Shown: positions 47,703 to 57,464, numbered from the stretch's first letter. The stretch: DNA of 64,000 bases from a virus (IMGVR_UViG_3300036790_000419:84914-148913), one strand, 5' to 3'. A program made the numbers and translations. The notes: generated by a model not told the origin, from the sequence alone.

Positions 47703-50700
47703 GTGAGCTTCAGCGCCATCGGTTCGCCCATCTCCCCGACCGTTACCAGTAAGACGTTCACAATAGTCCCGGGTGCCGCCGGCGATTTCATCTTGTTCAG
47801 CGTTGTCTGCACGTCGACTGTCGCTGACTGGGCCACGGCACTGACCAGCGCGGCAGGCCAGGTCACGTGGACGGCATTGGGTTCGCACTTCGCAGGTAGC
47901 GCGGGCATCAACGACGTTACCGTAGCGGTCTTCCTCGGGAAGGTCGTTACTGCCGCCTCCCACGTGGTCACCGTCACCACCAATGCTGGCTCGCCGTCCT
48001 TGCGCGTCGCCGGGCAGGAGTTCTCTAACACCGCCGGGTTCAGCGTGGTCACCCTGGACGCGTCGGGCACCATCGACGTGGCCTCCAGCGGCAAGTTTCC
48101 GGCGGTTACCCCGCTACAGGGCGCAGGTGACCTGTACTGGTCGTTTGTCTACGACAACGGAACCGGCGTCGTCGGCTCCACGTCGGGTTACACCTACCAT
48201 GTCGACGGCAACGGCAACATTCAGTGCTACAACCTGAGTTGCGCTAACGCCACGCAGCAGCCGAATATCGGCGACACTACCGACGGCACCACGGGCATTG
48301 CCGTCATGCTCTACGAGGCCAGCACCAGCACCCCGGTTTCGGTGGCGGACACCGCTGCCGCGAGTGACAAGACCGCAGTCAGCGCCACCTTTCCGCTAGG
48401 TGACACCGCCGCTGCGGCCGACAAGCTGGCAGTTGCCGTCGCCGTCCCGCTGACCGATACCGCTGCGGCTGCCGAGTCCCTGGCATCCGGCAGCCCCGTT
48501 GCCCTCTCTGATACCGCTGCTGCGGCCGACTCCTTGCAAGTCAGCGTCACGGTTCTGCTAGCCGACACCGCTGCGGCAGCCGACGCGTCGGCCAACATTA
48601 CGCCGACCCCGGCGGACGCCGCCGCCGCGGCCGACAAGCTGACGGTCGGCGGTGCCCTCGGCCTTTCGGACACCGCCGCTGCTGCTGACAGGCTGACGGT
48701 CAGTGCCGCTGTCCCGCTGCACGACACCGCGGCTGCTGCCGACGCCCGCACAGTGCCGTCCGTCACCGTTGCCCTGGGAGACACCGCCGCCGCACGGGAT
48801 GATCTCGGGGCGGTAGGGCCGGGCACCGGCCCTACCGGCTTCGGGTCCGCGCTGCCGAGCGCCGTCCTCAGTGCCTACTCCCCGCCCGGCTACCCGGGCG
48901 GCCCGTCGGGTGCGGGGTCCATCGCCCCGTCAGCGCTCGGCAACGGCTGGGAGGTCGAGGTCCGCGACGGCGGCGACTACGCCACGCTGCTCGCCGTCAT
49001 CCCCGGGTCGATGCTGCTGAACTGGCAGTTCGCCCGGATGCTGAACGACATCGGCTCAGGCACGGTGGTGCTCAGCCAGGACGACCCGTGGTGGGCGGAG
49101 GTGACGCTGCCCGGCGGCCTGCCGTCGGAGACCCTGCTTGACGACGAGTGCCTGTGGCAGGTGTGGAAAGACGGCGTGTGCCGGATGGAGTTCCTCGGCG
49201 AGACCATCACCGAGCAGCTGGCGGACACCAGCGAGCAGCGCCAGGTGACGGTCACCGGGCCGGGCACCGTCACCACGCTGAAGTGGGCCATGGTCGCCCC
49301 GCAGGGCTTCCCGGACATCGTGCTCAAGCTGGACGGGCTGCTTGACGCCTTCGACGAGGTGGACGGCGCGGGCGACCCGGTGCTGGACACCAACATCTGG
49401 ACCACGGCCTCACCCGCCAGCGACGTCTACATCACGCCCATCGCGGTCATCTACAACTACCCGACCGGGGCCGGCTACGCGCTGTCCACGCTGTACCCGT
49501 CGGGCTCGCTCACCCTGTCGGCCACGCCGGGGGCCACGTACCTGGGAGCCAGCCCGTACGACGCCACCGACACCCTCATCAGCGCCGAGATCTCGCCTGT
49601 CGGGGTGAGCAGCAGCTCCACCGACGCCACCGACGCGGCCAGCTACGGCACCGGGCTCGACGGCAGCGAGCTGACCCAGTTCTACATCCAGAGCAACTAC
49701 GACGACCGCGACTACGCGATGATCGGCTTGTCCGCGACAGCCTTCTACGCGCAGCTCGGGTCAGGCGGGCAGGTGCAGACTAAGGTCCTGCCCGCTTACG
49801 ACAGCCAGAGCCACGGCAACTGGATGATCACCGAGCAGGCCGGCAGCGGGGGCGGGGCGGGCACCTTCTACTTCTGGACCTCGCCCGACGGCCAGCAGTG
49901 GACCCAGCAGTGGACGACCGTGCACAGCTGGGACGCCACCAACGTGACGTTCTTCGTCACCGCCGCCTACTCCGCGGCGGGGTCTCAGGCCGTCCAGTTG
50001 TCCAACCTGAACTCCAACGTCACCACGCCGAGCTACCAGGGCTCGATCTACCTGGGCGAGCCGATGATGGGCGTCTGGTTCGACCAGTTCACCCGGGCCC
50101 AGGAGCGCGGCACCATCCCGTTCGTCACCACCACCGCCAGCCCCGCGGCCGACAGCTACGGCCGGGCGTGGGGCGATGTGGAGAACGTGCAGGCGGTCAA
50201 CGGCACCGACCTGTACTCGTTCCTGCAGGGTGCCACCGCGCTGGTGGACGCCGACTACGTGATGGACCCCGGCTTCCAGCTGCGCATCGGCATCCCGGTA
50301 GCCGGGCAGGTCACCCTCGGCGTGGACCGCTCGGGCTACATCATCTTCCGCGACGGCTACGACGTGCAGGCCAGGCAGCGGGTGCGGGCGCGCGACCAGA
50401 TCGCCACCCTCATCGGCGGGGAGAACAGCGACGGGCACGAGATCTCGGCCGAGAGCCCGTCGTTCATCGCCGAGTGGGGGCAGCGCGAGGCCTGGTTCCA
50501 GACCTCCGCCCAGGTCGACCCGGTCTCAATGGCCTACGCCACCGCCTCCAGCCTGGCGGAGAACGAAACCGAGGTCGTCTCCTGGACGTTTAACCTGCTG
50601 CCCAACGTGCCGGGCAAGACGGTGTTCGACGACTTTGACGTGGGCGACTGGGTGGGCCTGGAGCGCCCTGACTTCTCCGCGGTTGACATCGTGCGGGTGG

Positions 50701-53027
50701 TCGGCATCGCGGTCTCCGCCGACAGCGCCGGCGCGGAGACGCACGAGCTGACCTTCCAGAGCTACGTCCAGTGGCTCGCCGAGCAGCTCACCTACCTGGC
50801 CAACAAGCTGGGCGGCGCGTTCGTCAACACGCTCGGCACCACGCCGGTGGCGCCCTCCAAGTACGGCACCGGGCAGGTGCCCACCTACTTCACCCCGGCC
50901 GCCACGCTGTCCGGGCTCGCCGACGTGGCCTCCACGGCGGGCTCGGCCCAGTCGACCTCGCCGCTGGTCTACAACCCGGCCACCGGCCAGTACCAGCACG
51001 CGGGCACCACCGACCCGGTGACCGGGCAGGTAATCCCGGTCACCGTGCAGACGCCGAGCGGGTCTGCCACGCTGTCGGACACCTCCGTGCTGGTGAACAC
51101 GGGCAACGGGTCGACGCTCATCGGCCTGCAGGGCGACGGCACGGTGACCACGGTGGACGGCGGCGGCACCGCGCCGGCGGTCCCCGACGCCCCGGCCGTG
51201 GCGGGCATCGTGCAGGGCCTGGTGGTGGCCTGGGACGGGCTGCTGGGCGGAGCGGCCCCGCTGTCCAACTTCTTCCACGTGACCGCCTACGTCGGCACTA
51301 CCAGCTCGTTCACCCCGAGCGGGTCCAACCAGGCGGGCACGCTGGCCGCGGCCGGGGCGCTGACCGTCGGGAACCTGACCGCCGGGGCTACCTACTACGT
51401 CAAGCTGGCGGCGGTCAGCACTTCCGGCGCGGCCTCGGCGGCCACCTCCGCCGTCTCGGCGGTGGCCGCGGCGGTGCCCACCTCGCTGCTGACCGGGCAG
51501 CTCCCGGCCAGCCTCATCGGCAACAGCGCCGGCAACGCGCTCAACCCGAACCCGTTCTTCAACGGCGGGGACCTGACCGGGTGGTTCGTCACCAACGGCA
51601 CGGTGTCGGCGACCGCGCCGCCGTCCGGTGCCCCGGGGAACGCCCAGTTCGCCGCCCGGGTCGTCTCCACCTCGGCGAACTGCCTGCTGGCCGGCTCGAC
51701 CGCGCCGTTCCCGGTCACGGCCGGGCAGCCGTACGCGATGACAGCCTGGGCCTACAACCCGGGCGGCTCGGCCGTGAACGTGGCGATCGGCTTCAACTGG
51801 GCGTCCGGCACCGCGACGGTGAGCGTCTCGCCCGGCACCTGGGTACCGCTGACCACCGTGCAGACCTGCCCGCCCGGGGTGACCAGCGCCTACCAGGTCA
51901 TCGGGCCGACAGCCTCCGGGGTAACCGTCTACGTGCTCGGGGCGGTCGCCGCCGGGCAGGTGCCCGGCCAGCTGCTGGTGGCCAACTCGGTGGCCGCCGC
52001 GCAGATCGCGGCGAACACCATCACGGCAGCCCAGCTCGCCGCCAATACCATTACCGCCGGGCAGATCGCGGCGAACACCATTACCGCCGGGCAGATCGCC
52101 GCCAGTACCATCACGGCAGCCCAGATCGCCGCGGCGACCATCACCGCCACCCAGATCCTCGCCGGGACCATCACCGCCACCCAGATCCAGGCGGGTACCA
52201 TCACCGTCGCGAAGCTGGCTGCCGGCATCATCATCGCCGGGGCGGTCAACGGCACGACCATCACCGGCGCGCAGATCGTGGCCGACGGGTCGTCCGGCGA
52301 GATCCTCATCTACAGCGGCACCCCGGCCAGCGGCAACCTGGTCGGCAGCTGGTCAGCCAATGCCGGCAGCGACGGCTTCAGCAACGGGTACGACGCCGGC
52401 CTGTGGATCTACGACAGCGGCGGCAACTCGATCGGCCTGGTGCCCGGCGGGTCCGGCGCGGCCAGCCAGCTGGCACTGAGCACCGGCAGCGGGACCCCGA
52501 TGCCGCCGGGCGGCTGCGCGGCACTGTACGGCGCGGGCTCCGGCGCGGTGCAGGCGGTCGACGGCACCGACGGCCAGGCGTACGGCACGCAGCGCCGGTC
52601 GCTGGTGACCGGCAGCACGCAGCTCATCAGCTCCGGCACGCCGGCCTACTGGATAACCTCCCCGGTATCCGGCGGCAGCGGCAGCGGGCGCAGCTACCGG
52701 GTGCACGGCCAGGCGATCGTCAAGGCACTCGGCAGTACCGGGGTCATGAGCTTCTACTTCAACGGCCCGGCCGGCGCTGGCGGCAACGTCATCTTTACCT
52801 TCTACAGCGGAGCTGTACTCAACACGACCGGCCCGCAGAACATCGGTGTCGCTAACCAGCCGGCGTCGTTCAACCCCATGGTCAACGGCCAGTTCTACAC
52901 GGTCAGCTTTGACGGGGTAATCACCATCCCGGCCGGCGTCAGCGGCGCGATGGGCATCCAGGCAGCTACCACGGGCAGCAACTTCGACATCGCCGCCAAC
53001 TCGTTCATGGAGGTCATGCCAGTTTAG
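47703..53027 (+). CDS. large tail-tip/host-specificity protein (1774 aa)
   Basis: Repeat stalks, central tail-tip-like region, FN3-like and CBM-like (NPNPFFNGGDLTGW) segments. Confidence 0.8.
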   Translation: MSFSAIGSPISPTVTSKTFTIVPGAAGDFILFSVVCTSTVADWATALTSAAGQVTWTALGSHFAGSAGINDVTVAVFLGKVVTAASHVVTVTTNAGSPSLRVAGQEFSNTAGFSVVTLDASGTIDVASSGKFPAVTPLQGAGDLYWSFVYDNGTGVVGSTSGYTYHVDGNGNIQCYNLSCANATQQPNIGDTTDGTTGIAVMLYEASTSTPVSVADTAAASDKTAVSATFPLGDTAAAADKLAVAVAVPLTDTAAAAESLASGSPVALSDTAAAADSLQVSVTVLLADTAAAADASANITPTPADAAAAADKLTVGGALGLSDTAAAADRLTVSAAVPLHDTAAAADARTVPSVTVALGDTAAARDDLGAVGPGTGPTGFGSALPSAVLSAYSPPGYPGGPSGAGSIAPSALGNGWEVEVRDGGDYATLLAVIPGSMLLNWQFARMLNDIGSGTVVLSQDDPWWAEVTLPGGLPSETLLDDECLWQVWKDGVCRMEFLGETITEQLADTSEQRQVTVTGPGTVTTLKWAMVAPQGFPDIVLKLDGLLDAFDEVDGAGDPVLDTNIWTTASPASDVYITPIAVIYNYPTGAGYALSTLYPSGSLTLSATPGATYLGASPYDATDTLISAEISPVGVSSSSTDATDAASYGTGLDGSELTQFYIQSNYDDRDYAMIGLSATAFYAQLGSGGQVQTKVLPAYDSQSHGNWMITEQAGSGGGAGTFYFWTSPDGQQWTQQWTTVHSWDATNVTFFVTAAYSAAGSQAVQLSNLNSNVTTPSYQGSIYLGEPMMGVWFDQFTRAQERGTIPFVTTTASPAADSYGRAWGDVENVQAVNGTDLYSFLQGATALVDADYVMDPGFQLRIGIPVAGQVTLGVDRSGYIIFRDGYDVQARQRVRARDQIATLIGGENSDGHEISAESPSFIAEWGQREAWFQTSAQVDPVSMAYATASSLAENETEVVSWTFNLLPNVPGKTVFDDFDVGDWVGLERPDFSAVDIVRVVGIAVSADSAGAETHELTFQSYVQWLAEQLTYLANKLGGAFVNTLGTTPVAPSKYGTGQVPTYFTPAATLSGLADVASTAGSAQSTSPLVYNPATGQYQHAGTTDPVTGQVIPVTVQTPSGSATLSDTSVLVNTGNGSTLIGLQGDGTVTTVDGGGTAPAVPDAPAVAGIVQGLVVAWDGLLGGAAPLSNFFHVTAYVGTTSSFTPSGSNQAGTLAAAGALTVGNLTAGATYYVKLAAVSTSGAASAATSAVSAVAAAVPTSLLTGQLPASLIGNSAGNALNPNPFFNGGDLTGWFVTNGTVSATAPPSGAPGNAQFAARVVSTSANCLLAGSTAPFPVTAGQPYAMTAWAYNPGGSAVNVAIGFNWASGTATVSVSPGTWVPLTTVQTCPPGVTSAYQVIGPTASGVTVYVLGAVAAGQVPGQLLVANSVAAAQIAANTITAAQLAANTITAGQIAANTITAGQIAASTITAAQIAAATITATQILAGTITATQIQAGTITVAKLAAGIIIAGAVNGTTITGAQIVADGSSGEILIYSGTPASGNLVGSWSANAGSDGFSNGYDAGLWIYDSGGNSIGLVPGGSGAASQLALSTGSGTPMPPGGCAALYGAGSGAVQAVDGTDGQAYGTQRRSLVTGSTQLISSGTPAYWITSPVSGGSGSGRSYRVHGQAIVKALGSTGVMSFYFNGPAGAGGNVIFTFYSGAVLNTTGPQNIGVANQPASFNPMVNGQFYTVSFDGVITIPAGVSGAMGIQAATTGSNFDIAANSFMEVMPV
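48348..48800 (+). repeat. nine ~17-aa DTAAAAD coding repeats
   Basis: Visible in the translation. Confidence 0.8.
51985..52275 (+). repeat. 10-aa ITAxQIAANT coding repeats
   Basis: Visible in the translation. Confidence 0.8.
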
Positions 53028-53064
53028 GCACCACGCCCGTACGTGCCTGACCGATCAACCGGCC

Positions 53065-53394
53065 ATGTCCGTAGGAGCGCAGGCGAGCAAGGCAGTCCTT
53101 GACCAGAACCTCACCCAGCTGGCCCTGCAACTGCGCAGCGCCATGCAGCAGATCCAGAACGAGTGGACGTTCGTCAACAACGGCGCGGCCGGCTCGCCCG
53201 TCGAGGTGCTGACCGCGCTCGGCTACGACAACGCCAACAGCGACGCGCCGGGCGGCCAGTCGGACGCCAGCTACGCCAGCTACCTGCTGAACAACCTCAA
53301 CACGATGGCGGGGCTGTACTTCGGTACCGCGACGCAGGCCAGCCCGTTCGACTTCGCCAACGCCCTCGCGCCGCTGAGCGCCGCGCAGCCCTAG
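53065..53394 (+). CDS. hypothetical protein
   Basis: CCGATCA 7 nt upstream. Confidence 0.7.
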   Translation: MSVGAQASKAVLDQNLTQLALQLRSAMQQIQNEWTFVNNGAAGSPVEVLTALGYDNANSDAPGGQSDASYASYLLNNLNTMAGLYFGTATQASPFDFANALAPLSAAQP

Positions 53395-53397
53395 GCG

Positions 53398-54057
53398 CTA
53401 GGCCAGCGGTACCCCGGGGACCGCCGGCTGCGGCCCGGTCTGCGGCCTCCGGGGGCGCAGTGACGCCGCGCCCTCGCGCTCGGCCTGCTCCCAGGACCGC
53501 ACCTGGGCGGAGATGTTGGCCAGCCCGGCGGTCAGCCCGGCGCGCACCGAGTCCGCCAGCGACTGGTAGTAGGCGAGCTGGCGCTGGGCATCGACCGGCG
53601 CCTGGGCGGCGATGCGCGCGGCCTCCCGGCCGGCCTCGTCGACGGCCTCGCGGAGCATGCGCTCGCGCTGCGCGCGGCCGTCAGCCAGCATGCCCTCCCG
53701 CTGCCGCCGCCCGTTCTCCACCATGCTGCGGGCCTGGCCCTGCGCGTCGGTCATCAGCCGGTCCGCGCCCTCTTGCGCCCGGCGCAAGACGTGCACCGCC
53801 TGCTGCTCCACCGGGGGCGGGAGGTAGCTGCTGCCCGGCGCGGCGGCCAGCTCCCCGGAGAGGCGCCCGACCTCCTGCTCCAGTTCGTCGCGCTCGCTGC
53901 CGAGCGCGTCCAGCTCCGCGGCGACCCGGTTCATGAACCGGGTCACCTGCTCGGCGTTCAGTCCCCGGCTGAAGCCGGCCGAGGGGAAGACGGTCCCCCG
54001 GACCTCCGCGGAGGTCAGCCGCCCGGCCTCGCCGGCCAGCAGGCTTGAGTGCACCAT
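53398..54057 (-). CDS. DivIVA-domain coiled-coil protein
   Basis: LTSAEVRGTVF..SRGLNAEQVTRFMNRVA plus coiled coil. Confidence 0.8.
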   Translation of the reverse strand: MVHSSLLAGEAGRLTSAEVRGTVFPSAGFSRGLNAEQVTRFMNRVAAELDALGSERDELEQEVGRLSGELAAAPGSSYLPPPVEQQAVHVLRRAQEGADRLMTDAQGQARSMVENGRRQREGMLADGRAQRERMLREAVDEAGREAARIAAQAPVDAQRQLAYYQSLADSVRAGLTAGLANISAQVRSWEQAEREGAASLRPRRPQTGPQPAVPGVPLA

Positions 54058-54062
54058 GTCGC

Positions 54063-55190
54063 CTATCCCTCCCACCCGAAGTCCTCAGTGTGGACTTGCT
54101 CTCCGGGCATTCCCAGCGCCGTCAGGCGGCCTTTTGCCGCCCGCACCATCGGCGAGGAGCCGCAGACGTAGGCGTCCCGCTCGCGCCAGTCACCCTGGCC
54201 GGCCGCGACGTCCACGATGCTCCCGTGCCTCCCCGCGTAGCCCGGGGTCTCTCCCGGGTCAGCGGTTACCGCGTGCACGACTGTCAGCCAGTCGTGCTGA
54301 GCCGCCAGTTTCTCCAGCCGGTCAAGCTCGTACAGGTTCTCCGGGGCCCTCGCCCCGAAAAACAGGTTCACGGCCGGGGTCCGGGGCCAGGATGAGATCT
54401 CTTCGAGGATGGCCTGCAGCGGGGCGAGCCCGGTGGAGCCCGCGATGAGCAGGACGTCCCGGCCGGAGGAGGTGTCCAGCTTCAGGTTGCCGACCGGGGG
54501 CCCGAGCCGGAGCCGCGCGCCCGGCCCGGCGTGCAGGGCCAGGGCGGTGGACAGCATGCCGCCGTCCTCGACCTTGACGTGAAAGGTCAGCGCGCCGGAG
54601 TCGTCCGGCGCGTTGGCCGGGGAGTAGAACCGCCATACGCGCGGGGCGCGCTCGGGGAACTGGACCGCCACCGACTGCCCGGGCGCGTAGCTCATGGGCT
54701 GCGACAGCCGGGCGCGGATGACGGCGATGTCCGGGCCGCGCATCTCCCGCTCGGTGACCACCGCCTCCCACCACGGCGGGGAGTCCCCGGCGGCCTCAGC
54801 CCCGGACCGCATCACCTGGGCGATGAGCGCGTAGGCCGCGGCCCAGGTCTCCCGCACCTCCGGTGTCCAGGCTTCGCCGGCGAAGTGCGCCAGGGTGGCC
54901 AGCAGGGCCTGGCCTACCACGTCGTAGTGCTCCGGCTTCACGTCGAACTTGCGGTGGTCGCGGCCGAGCCCGGTCAGGAACCCGCTCAGCCTGTCCAGGT
55001 CGTCCACGTCGGTGACGATCCGCACCAGGGCCGCCAGCAGGCGGTCGCGCTGCGCCGTCATGGCCGGCGGGAACATGTCCGTCACCTCGGTCCCGCCCCG
55101 GTAGAACACCTCCGCGTAGAAGAACGCGGCCAGCTCCTCCGCCTGCGGGGCCACCAGGGCGAAGCTCTCCTTCAGCAGCTTGGTGTCCAG
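54063..55190 (-). CDS. flavohaemoglobin-like protein (globin plus FAD/NAD reductase)
   Basis: LGRDHRKFDVKPEHY globin; WRFYSPAN, IAGSTGLAP, AYVCGS; start uncertain. Confidence 0.88.
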   Translation of the reverse strand: MDTKLLKESFALVAPQAEELAAFFYAEVFYRGGTEVTDMFPPAMTAQRDRLLAALVRIVTDVDDLDRLSGFLTGLGRDHRKFDVKPEHYDVVGQALLATLAHFAGEAWTPEVRETWAAAYALIAQVMRSGAEAAGDSPPWWEAVVTEREMRGPDIAVIRARLSQPMSYAPGQSVAVQFPERAPRVWRFYSPANAPDDSGALTFHVKVEDGGMLSTALALHAGPGARLRLGPPVGNLKLDTSSGRDVLLIAGSTGLAPLQAILEEISSWPRTPAVNLFFGARAPENLYELDRLEKLAAQHDWLTVVHAVTADPGETPGYAGRHGSIVDVAAGQGDWRERDAYVCGSSPMVRAAKGRLTALGMPGEQVHTEDFGWEG

Positions 55191-55329
55191 GGCCGCTTCC
55201 CCCCTTAGTCCGGGTGTGTGATTCACACGCACAAGAGCGGAGCTTAACACCGCAATCCCTACTGGTCAGTTACTTGCCTGGATGCAAGCACATGTGCCCA
55301 GGGCCAGGTCAGGGGACGATTGCCCCGGC

Positions 55330-55959
55330 ATGACCCTGCTCCCTGACCGCGACGGCATCCGCTGGCACCCCCGCTCCGTCATCGAGAAGTACAGCAGCGA
55401 CCAGGTGCGGTGGGCGCGGCGGCGTGACCTCGCCGCGCCGCCGCGGTTGAACGGGGAGACCCTGCGGGGGCTGTTCCCTGAGCCGGAGGACGGGATAGTT
55501 GAAGACCAGGGCAACGGGGTGACCGCGGGCGGCACCGCCAACCTGGCGCTGGTGCTCACCGGCGCGGGCGGCCACCCGCTCGCGCCGGGCCGGGCGGTGT
55601 TCGGGGTGGGCAGCGACGCCACCGGGTTCAGCCGCGAGCACGTGCGCCTGGCGAATGCCGTGGGCGAGGAGCCGGGCCGGTCCTGGTACCGGCCGATGGA
55701 CGCCGGCTACCCGCGTGTCACCCGGACGGGGGCCGTCGAGGGGCAGGCCACGTTCGCTGAGGCCGAGGCCTGCTTCGCCTGGCACGAGTGGTGCTGGGGA
55801 ACCGGGCCGGGCGGGCCCGTGCCGCACCACTCGCTGCGCGGCTGCTACGGCGGCGAGCAGCCGGTGATGATGAACCGGCGAGCGCACCCTGCCGGGTACG
55901 GGGAGAAGCTCGCCGGGGTCGCGTGGGTGTTCCGGACGGAGGTGGCCATCGGAAACTGA
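55330..55959 (+). CDS. paralogue of minor tail protein 46466-47155
   Basis: Shared DQ..WA, N.VT..G, WY, ATF....FAW.E; ACGATTG 7 nt upstream. Confidence 0.7.
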   Translation: MTLLPDRDGIRWHPRSVIEKYSSDQVRWARRRDLAAPPRLNGETLRGLFPEPEDGIVEDQGNGVTAGGTANLALVLTGAGGHPLAPGRAVFGVGSDATGFSREHVRLANAVGEEPGRSWYRPMDAGYPRVTRTGAVEGQATFAEAEACFAWHEWCWGTGPGGPVPHHSLRGCYGGEQPVMMNRRAHPAGYGEKLAGVAWVFRTEVAIGN

Positions 55960-56329
55960 GGTGGCCATGAGGGCAGTGATTGCCCTATCCTTGGGTGAAG
56001 GCCCCCGTGTCAGTGGTGCAACTCCGGTTGTGTGCGCTGGTCTCACCACGGGGGCCTTTGCTATGCTCGCCAACGAGACCAGTGCACAGCACAACCAAAT
56101 GAACGCACCGCTGCCCTCTGCGGATGGGTGAGCCGCTTACTTATTTGATCTTGCGCTGGTGGAGAAGGCTTGGGGCACCTCTCCCCATGCGGACGGCACT
56201 GACCTGATGTCATGCCGGGGCACGGGCCCTCAACTCCTGAATTTCGAACACTTAACTTTTGTTCGAGTCCGGGGGTAGGGGGCGAGCCATGCCCCGGCAT
56301 GGCAATCAGCGCGAGGGCGGCGGGGCGGT

Positions 56330-56797
56330 ATGGGCGGGGCGGTTTACAACGCGTACCTGATGAGCGACGTGTGGCGCAGTAAGCGCCGCTGTCGGTTGGC
56401 GATCGACAGCGGCAGGTGCCAGGGCTGTGGCGTTATAAGCCGGCTTCATGTGCACCATCGCACGTATGAGCGCTTTGGCGGCCGGGAGCTGATGTCAGAC
56501 CTGGTTACGGTCTGTGAGAAGTGCCATGAGGCTATCCACAGGGCACACCGGGGTAAGAGCCGGCAGTCTCTTGACGCAGTAACAACGCGGGTGCTCGCGC
56601 GGCTTCACCGGGAGCGGCCTGGTCAGGTCAAGACCCGGTTGAAAAGAAAAGTCCGGGAGGCTCCTCGGAAGAAACAACACGTTGCGCCGGAGGCCACAGT
56701 GCCCTGGGAACGTGACTCGGACCCCACGTGGACGGCTAGGGCAGCTCACCGCACGGCCCTCACCCCCGCCGACGTACGTCGGCGGAACGGGCTTTGA
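56330..56797 (+). CDS. HNH endonuclease
   Basis: CQGCG..LHVHHRTY..DLVTVCEKCH. Confidence 0.85.
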   Translation: MGGAVYNAYLMSDVWRSKRRCRLAIDSGRCQGCGVISRLHVHHRTYERFGGRELMSDLVTVCEKCHEAIHRAHRGKSRQSLDAVTTRVLARLHRERPGQVKTRLKRKVREAPRKKQHVAPEATVPWERDSDPTWTARAAHRTALTPADVRRRNGL

Positions 56798-56816
56798 GCC
56801 TGGCATCCTTGACCTC

Positions 56817-57059
56817 ATGAAAACCTTGCGGGAGTGCCTGGAGTACAGGGACCGGCTGCTGCGCGCCGGCTACACGGTCGCCGGCTGCGGGGAGGTCCGG
56901 CTGGCCGAGGGCGCGGCGGGGGACCTGGGCGGCTGGTGGGCACGCCTCGGGGACGACGCCGAGACCCTGGCCGCCGTCATCTTCGTCCCGCTCGGCGCCG
57001 GGGCCTGGCAGGTGCTGCTGGCCGGCAGCAGGGTCCCGGCGGCGGTGGAGGCCCCTTGA
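56817..57059 (+). CDS. hypothetical protein
   Basis: GC3-rich ORF. Confidence 0.55.
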   Translation: MKTLRECLEYRDRLLRAGYTVAGCGEVRLAEGAAGDLGGWWARLGDDAETLAAVIFVPLGAGAWQVLLAGSRVPAAVEAP

Positions 57060-57069
57060 GGAGGTTCCG

Positions 57070-57276
57070 ATGCCGGGTTACGTTATAGCGGCTTCGCCGT
57101 CAGCGCCTTTCCCCGGCTGGTACCTGAAGAGCGTCGGGTCAGTGGACGCTTACTGGACGCCGGCACCGGCGGAAGCGATGCGGTTCACGTCTTCTGCCGC
57201 GGCGATGACTTACTGGGACTCTGTGCCGCCTGGCCTTGGCGCCTTTTTCCCGGTATCGGCGGAGGAAGCCCCTTGA
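57070..57276 (+). CDS. hypothetical protein
   Basis: SD GAGGAGG. Confidence 0.6.
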   Translation: MPGYVIAASPSAPFPGWYLKSVGSVDAYWTPAPAEAMRFTSSAAAMTYWDSVPPGLGAFFPVSAEEAP

Positions 57277-57464
57277 GGAGCAAGACCGTGGCCGTCACCT
57301 GGATGGACGACCGGACCGAGACGTACAAGACCCGCGGCTCCGTTGACGTGAACGAGGCTGAGCTGGTCATCACCAGCCCGGAGTTCGAGCGGGACCTGCC
57401 GGGCGGCAGCCGCACGCGCGTCCCGCTGGCCAACGTCCGCTTCTACGACATCACCCTGGACTGA
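57273..57464 (+). CDS. hypothetical protein
   Basis: Coupled; SD GGAGG. Confidence 0.6.
   Translation: MRSKTVAVTWMDDRTETYKTRGSVDVNEAELVITSPEFERDLPGGSRTRVPLANVRFYDITLD

Noticed and set aside
47703-53027. Diversity-generating retroelement or invertible tail-fibre cassette
   Set aside because: No reverse transcriptase, invertase or template/variable repeat pair in the window; the repeats are structural coding repeats.
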